IMG/VR virus record: IMGVR_UViG_3300028410_000013
Span: 1-57,502 of that record
DNA length: 57,502 bases
Reading direction: 5' to 3' (one strand)
Source of the DNA: a virus
Lineage: Duplodnaviria; Caudoviricetes
The notes beneath the pieces are model-generated. The model did not search any database. It saw only the letters and a list, made by a program, of their open reading frames with translations, and was not told the DNA's origin. Both the position numbers and the translations under genes were made by a program. Below are positions 38,346 to 46,477 of the stretch, in pieces. Numbering within the stretch: position 1 is the first letter of the stretch; each line of letters begins with the position of its first letter.

Positions 38346-39757
38346 CTCCCCAATATCACCAAGATTTCATCGAAGCTTATGGTCAAGAGATTTTCGACTC
38401 CATTTCGGCGGCTGTAGAGGCCAATGATCTGCCACGAGTTGCGGCCAGCCTCGTCTACCTCGTCGAAATGTGTGAGGAGGTGCTGTTCCACAATACCAAG
38501 TTCGACCTGATCGGGACAAGGCTATACGGTTTTACTCATAACCGTGAGCAGAACTCTCTGGATATGAACTACCTTCTCTACCATGAAGTGGCAGGGCAGT
38601 TGGATTACCGGACGATGGCGAGTGCTCTTTCCCGGTTCATGGCGCATGATTTCAACTCCAGCACGTTCCGTGACCTTCATATTCAACCACTTCAGTCGGT
38701 TATACCCGTCCTGTTCAACGTATTTTTTGAAGAGGTTCGGGTATTAGAAGTGCCTCATCGGGACTCCCGCGGCCCATTGACTGTAGCAGAAGAGGTTGAA
38801 TTACTGGACCAGCACAATAAGATGGTTCAAGCGCACCTTAATTACCGTGTGAGTCACCCTGACATTCCCATTACCTCCTACCCGTCAATGGAAGATGCGT
38901 TGGAGTCCAAGCGTATCCTAACCTACCAGAGTCTTAATGAAGACGTACAGGCGGTATACGCAGCTTTTGTCTATCTCAACGCACAAGGTGATAAGTACAC
39001 CCATGCGGACATTGAACGTCTCACTGGCCTAAACCGGGGCACCGTTCGGAGTACGACTCAGTACCTCACCGACCGTAGGTTCATTGTACGCAACCCGAGC
39101 CAGCGGTACCACACCACCGACATTACGTTTGACTACCTCACCGTGGAAGAGGCATCAAACGTACTGAATACCTACCTTTACCGTAACGGTGATTACGAGA
39201 ACCTGTCGTGGATGGAGGCAGCGATCCTCTCGACACTCGTGACTATGGAAGAGGTCGGGACGCCTATTCAAACCAACCTATCGGTCCTTACTCGCCGTGC
39301 GACGAACGGTAATTGGGCTAAGAGCAACGGAGACGTCAGTTCGGCAGTCTCGTCCCTCGTTATGCGGGGGGTTATCGAGAAAGACATTTCCTCGAAGCCT
39401 TACACGTATACTGTACTTGTCAGTGACCTGTCGGAAGACACGGTGCTTCGGAATGTCAAAGAGGAAGACCGCTCTGAGTTAGAGTCGCTTGGCTACCGTC
39501 TTCCAGAGGCTGTGTCTCAGGATGCCCCTGTGTCTCAGACGGTGGATGCAGGAAAAGTGACGCTCAAGCCTGTGTCCCAGCTTACGGAGGACATGGCAGC
39601 AGACACCGGGTCCAAAGAAGTAACCCTCCTTTCCGTGTTGAGAGACACCATTCAGGGCTTGTTTTCAGGTCAGAGGTCGGTTACTATCCCGGAGTGCACC
39701 ATGACTCTTGATGCTGAGGAGGGCGTGACGATCCGCTTCACACCTTCCAAAGACTAA
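38342..39757 (+). CDS. Protein with tandem winged-helix domains (putative regulator)
   Basis: THADIERLTGLNRGTVRSTTQYLTDRRFI and VSSAVSSLVMRGVIEK. Confidence 0.7.
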   Translation: MTPQYHQDFIEAYGQEIFDSISAAVEANDLPRVAASLVYLVEMCEEVLFHNTKFDLIGTRLYGFTHNREQNSLDMNYLLYHEVAGQLDYRTMASALSRFMAHDFNSSTFRDLHIQPLQSVIPVLFNVFFEEVRVLEVPHRDSRGPLTVAEEVELLDQHNKMVQAHLNYRVSHPDIPITSYPSMEDALESKRILTYQSLNEDVQAVYAAFVYLNAQGDKYTHADIERLTGLNRGTVRSTTQYLTDRRFIVRNPSQRYHTTDITFDYLTVEEASNVLNTYLYRNGDYENLSWMEAAILSTLVTMEEVGTPIQTNLSVLTRRATNGNWAKSNGDVSSAVSSLVMRGVIEKDISSKPYTYTVLVSDLSEDTVLRNVKEEDRSELESLGYRLPEAVSQDAPVSQTVDAGKVTLKPVSQLTEDMAADTGSKEVTLLSVLRDTIQGLFSGQRSVTIPECTMTLDAEEGVTIRFTPSKD

Positions 39758-39895
39758 CGGGAAACTGCTATGGAACATTTAGCCTTCTGCTACTGGACAT
39801 TCTGTTACGGGATGATGGCTATCGGCGCATTGATTAGTGCTGTTCGGCTGGGTAAGTTCGGTCGGTTCCTTTAGGCAGTCCTCTTTAAATTAACG

Positions 39896-40114
39896 ATGGA
39901 CAGGATGAAAGAAGGAGATGCCCGCCTTGTGTGGGAAGTGTTTTCGGGCGACTTTGTGTTCCGGCAGTTCTCTTACGACGACATCAAAGAGGCCATTGAG
40001 TACGCTCAGGGAAAGCATCCTGAAGCTCCAAGGTACGAGGGGGATGGGGTCGCCGGCGCAACCGTCCGGTCGAAAGTTATACCCGCAGGCCAAGACCTGT
40101 ACAGCTACCGATGA
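39896..40114 (+). CDS. Hypothetical protein
   Basis: ATGA-coupled to HNH gene. Confidence 0.55.
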   Translation: MDRMKEGDARLVWEVFSGDFVFRQFSYDDIKEAIEYAQGKHPEAPRYEGDGVAGATVRSKVIPAGQDLYSYR

Positions 40115-40431
40115 CCTCTAAGTCTGACATACGAGCCGAGTTCCGAAAGGCTGTCTTTAGCCGAGACAATTACACCTGTGTGACGTGTGGTGTATCGGAG
40201 AGCGATATAGCCAAACTAGACGCCCACCACATTACCGACCGGAATGAGATGCCTAATGGTGGGTACGTGGTTGAAAATGGCATCTCCCTGTGCCCCGATT
40301 GTCACCTCAAGGCTGAGGTTTACCACCAGAGTGGTGGTTGGGATTGGGAAAAAGGCTTCCACCCTAACTCACTCTACTACCTGATCGGGTCAACGCCCGA
40401 AGAAGCGGCTGTGGCCAGCGAGAAATTATGA
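40111..40431 (+). CDS. HNH endonuclease
   Basis: RDNYTCVTCG, LDAHHI, NGISLCPDCH. Confidence 0.88.
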   Translation: MTSKSDIRAEFRKAVFSRDNYTCVTCGVSESDIAKLDAHHITDRNEMPNGGYVVENGISLCPDCHLKAEVYHQSGGWDWEKGFHPNSLYYLIGSTPEEAAVASEKL

Positions 40432-40952
40432 AGATCGAGACTCTATTCAAGACCAAATGGCTGGCCTTGCGTCGTGTGTTTCTAGATGACCCCGAAGTCC
40501 AGTATGACTTCGTACACGCCACCCATTCTAATGGGGAGGCAGTGGCTATCCTACCTTACCGCCTTGAAGAGGGGCGAGTAGAGTACCTTCTTCGGAAAGA
40601 ACTGGTACCGCCGTGGTCGTTAGAGCTTTCCCCCTGTGGCGTCACAGGCAGCATGGAGAGCGGCTACACGCCTCTACAGATGGCAGTAGTGGAACTTAAG
40701 GAAGAAACCGGGTACACTGTCGGTGAGGAGTTGATGGAGTACCGAGGAATGGTCCGCAACTCCAAAGCGTCAACAACACAGATTTACCTGTTCACTGTTG
40801 ACCTCACAGGGCTTGAAGCGGGAGAATCCTCGGGAGACGGCTCGGCCTTAGAGGAAATCAGTAGTTCGTATTGGACTACGGATGTGTTTGAGTGTGAGGA
40901 TGCTATTATCCATGCCGCCTACGCCAAGCTACTGGTATCCTCTCCCCTTTAG
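40428..40952 (+). CDS. NUDIX hydrolase
   Basis: GSMESG..PLQMAVVELKEETGY Nudix box. Confidence 0.85.
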   Translation: MKIETLFKTKWLALRRVFLDDPEVQYDFVHATHSNGEAVAILPYRLEEGRVEYLLRKELVPPWSLELSPCGVTGSMESGYTPLQMAVVELKEETGYTVGEELMEYRGMVRNSKASTTQIYLFTVDLTGLEAGESSGDGSALEEISSSYWTTDVFECEDAIIHAAYAKLLVSSPL

Positions 40953-40961
40953 GAGGGAGAT

Positions 40962-41420
40962 ATGTCGTTGACCATTGCAGTCGATTTTGACCACACCTAC
41001 GCAGCAGACCCCGACACCTTTTCAAAGGTCGTAGAGACGTTCTTAGAAGCAGGTCATACGGTTCTGTTAGTAACTAAGCGGCACGATGATGAGGGCAAGT
41101 TTGCCCAAGAGGTTCAGGACATCGTGCAGAATGACATCCCTATCATCTTCGTTGGTGGAACCCACACCATTTACAAAGACGAACTGGTCCGGGACGAATA
41201 CGAGATGACGGTAGACATCTGGATTGATGACAAGCCCGAGTTCATACGGTCCCCAGCCCGCATCAAAGAGGAGCTTGACCAGATGATTTTGTCGAAATTT
41301 TTGCTGGAAGACGAAATGGCATTTCTGCGTGAGTATGTTTTTCACCTTGAAGATGTCGTGAAGGCAGAGGCCAAGCACCTTTGGGATGATCTCAAATCGA
41401 AGTTCAAGGGTGACCGGTGA
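40962..41420 (+). CDS. HAD-superfamily phosphatase
   Basis: IAVDFDHT, LVTKR, K, DIWIDD. Confidence 0.82.
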   Translation: MSLTIAVDFDHTYAADPDTFSKVVETFLEAGHTVLLVTKRHDDEGKFAQEVQDIVQNDIPIIFVGGTHTIYKDELVRDEYEMTVDIWIDDKPEFIRSPARIKEELDQMILSKFLLEDEMAFLREYVFHLEDVVKAEAKHLWDDLKSKFKGDR

Positions 41421-41677
41421 CTGCTTTACTTATGCTAGCCATTATAGGATGGGTACTTTTGGTGCTAGGTACTATAGCACACCTGTCAACATACGGACCT
41501 GCCTCAATCCACAAGCTAGGGATAACCCGACCTCTCTTACTCGCTGGGGTGTTTGTCCCTTTCCCTGTAGGTATCTACGTCTTGTGGAGAGTGCACAAGA
41601 GAGAGCTTAGGCAGGTAAACAAACTGCGCCATGATGAGCTAGACAAAGAAATGAAACGACTTGAGGCGGAACTATGA
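41417..41677 (+). CDS. Small two-TM membrane protein
   Basis: Two hydrophobic segments and a charged tail. Confidence 0.6.
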   Translation: MTALLMLAIIGWVLLVLGTIAHLSTYGPASIHKLGITRPLLLAGVFVPFPVGIYVLWRVHKRELRQVNKLRHDELDKEMKRLEAEL

Positions 41678-41940
41678 GCGTCTTTGACGAGATAAAAGCA
41701 GAGCGGCAGCGGCAGAAAGACAAGTGGGGAGGAGCCGCACATGATGATCACCATTCCACATGGGACTGGATAGTTTTCATTACTAAGCACAACGGGCTGG
41801 CAATGGAACCCGGTTCTCAGGAACGGCTAGACATCCCCTCCTACCGGTATCAGATGGTACGGGTCGCCGCCCTTGCGGTCGCCGCCATCGAATGGTGTGA
41901 CCGGAACTACCCTGTCCAAAATGACCCCAATGAGGAATAA
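41674..41940 (+). CDS. MazG-like all-alpha NTP-pyrophosphatase-like protein
   Basis: EIKAERQRQKDKWG...MVRVAALAVAAIE. Confidence 0.6.
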   Translation: MSVFDEIKAERQRQKDKWGGAAHDDHHSTWDWIVFITKHNGLAMEPGSQERLDIPSYRYQMVRVAALAVAAIEWCDRNYPVQNDPNEE

Positions 41941-41967
41941 TAGAAGCGGTAGCGAAGTTAAGACCTC

Positions 41968-42058
41968 GGAGCGATGGACATGTGGCACGTCAGCCGGTCT
42001 TGAAAACCGTGTGTTCGGTGTGATAATCGAATTGAGGGTTCAACTCCCTCTCGCTCTT
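41968..42058 (+). tRNA. tRNA-Ser(TGA)
   Basis: GGAGCGA/TCGCTCT; CGGT-CTTGAAA-ACCG; long variable arm. Confidence 0.8.
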
Positions 42059-42075
42059 CTTTATGAGGGTTTAAA

Positions 42076-42381
42076 GTGCTGACCATAGGACCATATTGGT
42101 CGTGGCTGGATGAGCAGCCTGATGACGGCGATTGTGATGAAATGCCTGTGTGGTCATGGTACAACGGTGACCTTGTTCCCGCAGAGGGTCTTTCTTTGCA
42201 TGTTCGGGCAAAGAACCATGAGGTTTTGGCTCCTACAAAAACCAAGGGCTTATTAGTGATGCAGAGGTCGTTGCTGACCGACTATGTTTTGTTTTGGTAC
42301 GACCATACGAGACGTGAAATCACAGAAGTTCAGGAGTTAATCCTAAAAGAAAAACACGACCTTCCGGTCGTTAAACTTTGA
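42076..42381 (+). CDS. Hypothetical protein
   Basis: GAGG RBS, GTG start. Confidence 0.55.
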   Translation: MLTIGPYWSWLDEQPDDGDCDEMPVWSWYNGDLVPAEGLSLHVRAKNHEVLAPTKTKGLLVMQRSLLTDYVLFWYDHTRREITEVQELILKEKHDLPVVKL

Positions 42382-42386
42382 ATCAT

Positions 42387-42476
42387 GGAGTAGTTGAGCA
42401 CTGGCAAGCTCCCTCGCTTGGAAAGCGAGCAGTCGGTGTAATAATCGGCTTGCGGGTTCGACTCCCGCCTACTCCT
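42387..42476 (+). tRNA. tRNA-Ser(GGA)
   Basis: GGAGTAG/CTACTCC; CTCGC-TTGGAAA-GCGAG; long variable arm. Confidence 0.88.
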
Positions 42477-42489
42477 TTTCCTCCAACGA

Positions 42490-42502
42490 TAATCCGTTTG
42501 TA
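42490..42502 (+). promoter_or_regulatory. Putative phage-specific (late) promoter motif TAAT-N5-TRTA
   Basis: TAATccgttTGTA; same motif at 14768, 18388, 53629; variants at 4671, 5137, 24315 and 30263(-). Confidence 0.55.
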
Positions 42503-42532
42503 GCCCTTGTTTGTGTAACCTTTAACAGGAGA

Positions 42533-43615
42533 ATGCAAATGCCTTCAAACGTCGTCAAAACCAAAAAAGATGAAGAAAAGTGGGAAAAGGCCAAAGAGCT
42601 TGCTGCCGATCAGGGGCACAAAGAGGAGTACGATTACATCATGGGGATCTACAAAAAGATGAAGCCGGACTATTTCAAGGACAAGAAAGGGGCATCAGAC
42701 CCTATGCGGCATATCAGAGACATCAGTGATCTGCCGAAGCGTGTGGCCGACAAAGCTTTAGCTCTCCCTGTTGCGCATCAACTGGCAGGAGGCAAAGGCT
42801 ACTTTAAAGGTGTTGGGGTGTCTCTGGACATCAATTCAGCTTCAAAAATTGGCAAGCGAATCCGCCTCTTCAACAACACGAATGTTTTAGGCGTCGTACA
42901 GGGGCAGGTTCGCTGGGGCAGGGCTTTCGTGCTACATTCTACGAGCTTCGCCGCTAAGTACATGGCACTAGATCCGGGCCTAACGGCCCGCCGCATTGAT
43001 GATGAGCGCAGTGTATGGCTCGTGTATTCCTTGCGTGAAGATGGTAAGAGGTCTTCCTTGAGGGAAGATGTTATCCGCCTTGCTTACGAACAGCCGTCTC
43101 TGCGAAAAGACCTCCTACCTTTGGTTACAGCGGCCTTTGACCCTATGGAATTTCTAGAGGGACCCCAAGGCGATTCGGGCATCTTGTGGGATGCAGTGAC
43201 CGAGCAGGCTAAGAAAGCGATGCACGGAGAACTGTCCCGCGCTATGAAAGAGTGCACCGGCACGTCTCGTCGGAGTGAGACGTTCAAGAACAAGCGTTTG
43301 AGAATTTCATCTAGCAAGCTTCGGGTGTCCGTGCAGGACCGGGATTTTCAAGCACTAGTAGGCCGTGCTGCCGAAGGCGCAGAATTCTTGGGATTCACGC
43401 AGGCTAGTGTGTCATCTCTTGGTTTCAATGCGTATGTGCAGGTCCGGGTCCCTATGATTGACGCTGATATGGGTAGAGACCCCCAGAGAGTTCTCTCACA
43501 GGATGCAGATAAGGTAGCCAAAGCCCTTGGGAAGATATTCAAGGACGTACGTCTCTCAAAGTTTGAGGACGATGATGGTTATGCTATGGTGGTCCAGTAC
43601 GAAATAACAGGCTAA
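42533..43615 (+). CDS. Modular hypothetical protein with internal leader motif; putative virion internal protein
   Basis: N-terminal KWEKAKELA..YIMGIYKKM module; internal SLREDVIRLAYEQPSLRKDLLPLVTAA. Confidence 0.7.
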   Translation: MQMPSNVVKTKKDEEKWEKAKELAADQGHKEEYDYIMGIYKKMKPDYFKDKKGASDPMRHIRDISDLPKRVADKALALPVAHQLAGGKGYFKGVGVSLDINSASKIGKRIRLFNNTNVLGVVQGQVRWGRAFVLHSTSFAAKYMALDPGLTARRIDDERSVWLVYSLREDGKRSSLREDVIRLAYEQPSLRKDLLPLVTAAFDPMEFLEGPQGDSGILWDAVTEQAKKAMHGELSRAMKECTGTSRRSETFKNKRLRISSSKLRVSVQDRDFQALVGRAAEGAEFLGFTQASVSSLGFNAYVQVRVPMIDADMGRDPQRVLSQDADKVAKALGKIFKDVRLSKFEDDDGYAMVVQYEITG

Positions 43616-43624
43616 AGTAAACAC

Positions 43625-43861
43625 ATGCAAAAACTCGCCAATGAAATCGCTCGTATCCACCTGTCAAACCTCGACTTTGATGTCATCCTCCTAGACGGGG
43701 GTATTCGCATCTGGAAAGGGGAGGCTCAAGAGTTACTAAGGGACAACGACTTTGAGAGGGAACTTGAAGAAGCTCTATTCGCTCTCGCTAACAAGCGTCG
43801 TGGGTCTGAGGTGAGCGTTGGGGGCGGCGCAGCGGGGGAATGGATTATCCGGCGAACCTGA
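43625..43861 (+). CDS. Hypothetical protein
   Basis: Starts MQKLANEIARIHL. Confidence 0.6.
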   Translation: MQKLANEIARIHLSNLDFDVILLDGGIRIWKGEAQELLRDNDFERELEEALFALANKRRGSEVSVGGGAAGEWIIRRT

Positions 43862-43862
43862 T

Positions 43863-44591
43863 ATGCAATACATCCACTTTACAGACCTTAAAGGTGCTCG
43901 TGGTATCAAAAGCACAAGCACCATCCTCGGCTCCTCTTATGGGGCCGCTGGTGTTTTTGCGGTTGAAGAAGGCAGTCTTTATGTCCCCGGCGTGATTCCC
44001 GGACAAGGCCGGGGTAGAGCCGAAAACCGTGAAGTGGCTGTTGTTTTCACCACAAAGCAGAGGCCCGATTACCGACACACAGAAGAGGTGGCTTGGCGGG
44101 AAGAAGAATTACCGGTTACGGTCAAGGCTGTGCTTCCGGCAAAGAAGGCGATAGACAAGTATTTCATCCGGGGCGTTAGCTCGCAGCAAGTGGCGGACTC
44201 TCTCTACCTATTAGACTGGCAGGATACCGATTCGGCTTGGCGAAGAAAGGTGGAAGGGCAGGCAGGCTTACGTGAGAACGGTATGGCGTATATTAAGGAC
44301 TCTCGTATACGCCTAGACGGAATTTTCTTCACGGTCGAGTTCATAGGTGCTACTGAGAAACCCGAGGAGCACCTGTTAGAGGGATTCTATAAGGCCCTCC
44401 CCGCACTCCACGACCTCCCGATAACCGGTACTGAGCTTGTGGGGTGGGAAGAGGGGCGCTGGAGATCTTGGATGGAAGAGGGTTCGGACTACCAAGAAAC
44501 GCTCCAAGCAGAGATGAAGCTGGTGCTGGATAAGGCCAAAATAGCCTTGGCCCTTCGAGTGGCCTCCGCGCATCTGCGTCGGTTCACCTAA
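43863..44591 (+). CDS. ADP-ribosyltransferase-fold-like protein (tentative)
   Basis: YIHFT....I......GSS....GVFAV...EEVAW resembles H-Y-[ED] ART strand motifs; ends LALRVASAHLRRF. Confidence 0.5.
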   Translation: MQYIHFTDLKGARGIKSTSTILGSSYGAAGVFAVEEGSLYVPGVIPGQGRGRAENREVAVVFTTKQRPDYRHTEEVAWREEELPVTVKAVLPAKKAIDKYFIRGVSSQQVADSLYLLDWQDTDSAWRRKVEGQAGLRENGMAYIKDSRIRLDGIFFTVEFIGATEKPEEHLLEGFYKALPALHDLPITGTELVGWEEGRWRSWMEEGSDYQETLQAEMKLVLDKAKIALALRVASAHLRRFT

Positions 44592-44612
44592 CACCTTTCA
44601 GATGAGGAAATC

Positions 44613-45266
44613 ATGAACGAGCTAATCCAACCCGAACAGTACGATGTGCCTGACGAGTCTTCCCAGCGGACCAAATTCGCTATGGGGGCCGTGTGGGTAG
44701 GCATCCCTATGCTTTTGATCACGCTATCAGCAACCCTGTATTTGGCATTCACCGGAGTTGAAACCGGTGGCCTTCTGGCAATGGTGGGTCTGGACCTTAC
44801 TGTAGCCGGGGTATTGTCATGGGCGCTGTATTCTTACTACACGCGGGCCAATTTCAGCTACGAAGTTCTAGGCATCGACGTCACCTTTGACGGGGACGAT
44901 TATTACGTGCCTACGGAAGAGATGCTGAAACTTGTCCGGGCCGTCATGAACACATGGAGCGGTCACCTTGACGTTGACCCAAAAGAGGTTTACGATGGGG
45001 TGAGTTTGACGGTACTCACCCGCCAGCCAGATCACCCCTACGAACGAGGTCAGAAAGCGGTCGGCCTCACCTACCACCAGACACGACGAAGCCTTATATG
45101 GGGGCCGTACGCCTTGAACACAGGCGGGGCGGGGTATGAACTCATGCTACATGCGGCGCAGTACAAGTGGCCGGATGCAGATGAGGGTGAGAAAATAGAG
45201 CGCATGGGAGAGCTTGGGATTTTCGAGGCCCTTCGTCATGCGTATCGTAATGAGTTAGGCGAATAA
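44613..45266 (+). CDS. Two-TM membrane protein
   Basis: GAGG RBS; two N-terminal hydrophobic helices. Confidence 0.7.
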   Translation: MNELIQPEQYDVPDESSQRTKFAMGAVWVGIPMLLITLSATLYLAFTGVETGGLLAMVGLDLTVAGVLSWALYSYYTRANFSYEVLGIDVTFDGDDYYVPTEEMLKLVRAVMNTWSGHLDVDPKEVYDGVSLTVLTRQPDHPYERGQKAVGLTYHQTRRSLIWGPYALNTGGAGYELMLHAAQYKWPDADEGEKIERMGELGIFEALRHAYRNELGE

Positions 45267-45271
45267 CAGAG

Positions 45272-46465
45272 GTGCGAAACATGACAAATGTTCTTTCATT
45301 CAACAAGGTCAAAGCGGGCCTAGACAAGATAGCCAGCCTCGGTACCATCGAGGAAGAGTTTGAGGTCTACGGCATGACGGTCCGAATCCGAACGCTCACG
45401 GCAGATGAGCAGCAAGCCGTTATCCATTACATCGGAGACTACATGCGTCGTTACGATGATGACGAAGATGCGAGCATGGAGGCTTTGCAGAGTTTCGTCG
45501 CAGTGCGTAAGAAGGAAGCCCTGTCTTACGCCATCATGCAGGTAGGTGACATCGACCTCAGGGGTGTCTCTTTCGTGGAAACCGGTGAACAGACTGAGGA
45601 AGGTGTGAGTGTTAAGGTTCCCAAGCATGTGTTCGTGCGGGAACTCATCGGCCAGCTAGATTACGCTGCCGTTGATACTATTCACCGTAAGTACTCTGAC
45701 CTCCTGAGCTTTTCAGAAGATAAGGCGGCGGAGAAGGTCCGTTTCCGGGACCCCGAAGAAGAGCTTGAAAAAGTCGAAGCCCGACGCCGGGAACTTCTAG
45801 AAGAGCTTGGCCGAGAAGACGAACTCACACCTCCAGATACCAGCGAACCCGCGCCTCAACAGTCAGAGGACGTGAACTTAGCTGAGAACATCCGTGATAG
45901 GGCCTTCGCTAGGGTCGAAGCAGATCAAGAGGAGACGCTATTGGAAGAAAGGCGCTCTGAGGTCCCTCCAACCCCCTCTAACAGCCAAGAGGATGATGGT
46001 GAGACAGACGAAGAAGAACCTTATCCAGATTCCATTGACGTGGCGGGCACCAAGTTTGTCCGCTTAGATGACCCGGATACACCTTACACTGACGAGGAAC
46101 AATCTCTCCTAGAAGAGCAGGAACGCCTCTACAAGCAGAAGTATGGGGGAGAGGAACCACCTGAAGCTAAGGATGCGCGGGAAGCTAAGGAACGCCTCCA
46201 GAAGCGCAGGGGGCCACGTCAGCCTTTGAATCAGACGGATGCACAGGTCACTCAGGGCACGTTGCCCTCTGAAAGAGAGGCAAGCCGTCCAACCAAGGTT
46301 CGGAAGCAGGAGATTGACCCGGACTCTATCCCTCTAGCAGAGGGTTATAGTCGAGACAATGCCGAGCCACTTAGCAGACGCCACACGCAGCCCAACCCCG
46401 GCATTGATGAAGGTGCTCTCAACCCACCAGCTAAGGGCGGAGACAACCTTAATTTCAAGGGATGA
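45272..46465 (+). CDS. Putative tail assembly chaperone with long acidic C-terminus
   Basis: VRIRTLTADE...LSYAI motif; position upstream of tape measure. Confidence 0.6.
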   Translation: MRNMTNVLSFNKVKAGLDKIASLGTIEEEFEVYGMTVRIRTLTADEQQAVIHYIGDYMRRYDDDEDASMEALQSFVAVRKKEALSYAIMQVGDIDLRGVSFVETGEQTEEGVSVKVPKHVFVRELIGQLDYAAVDTIHRKYSDLLSFSEDKAAEKVRFRDPEEELEKVEARRRELLEELGREDELTPPDTSEPAPQQSEDVNLAENIRDRAFARVEADQEETLLEERRSEVPPTPSNSQEDDGETDEEEPYPDSIDVAGTKFVRLDDPDTPYTDEEQSLLEEQERLYKQKYGGEEPPEAKDAREAKERLQKRRGPRQPLNQTDAQVTQGTLPSEREASRPTKVRKQEIDPDSIPLAEGYSRDNAEPLSRRHTQPNPGIDEGALNPPAKGGDNLNFKG

Positions 46466-46477
46466 TTCAGACATGTT

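Noticed and set aside
41968-42058. Selenocysteine or opal-suppressor tRNA
   Set aside because: The anticodon is TGA (reads UCA, Ser), not TCA
44613-45266. Zincin protease or holin call for the 2-TM protein
   Set aside because: YELMLH lacks the first His of HExxH, and no endolysin is adjacent
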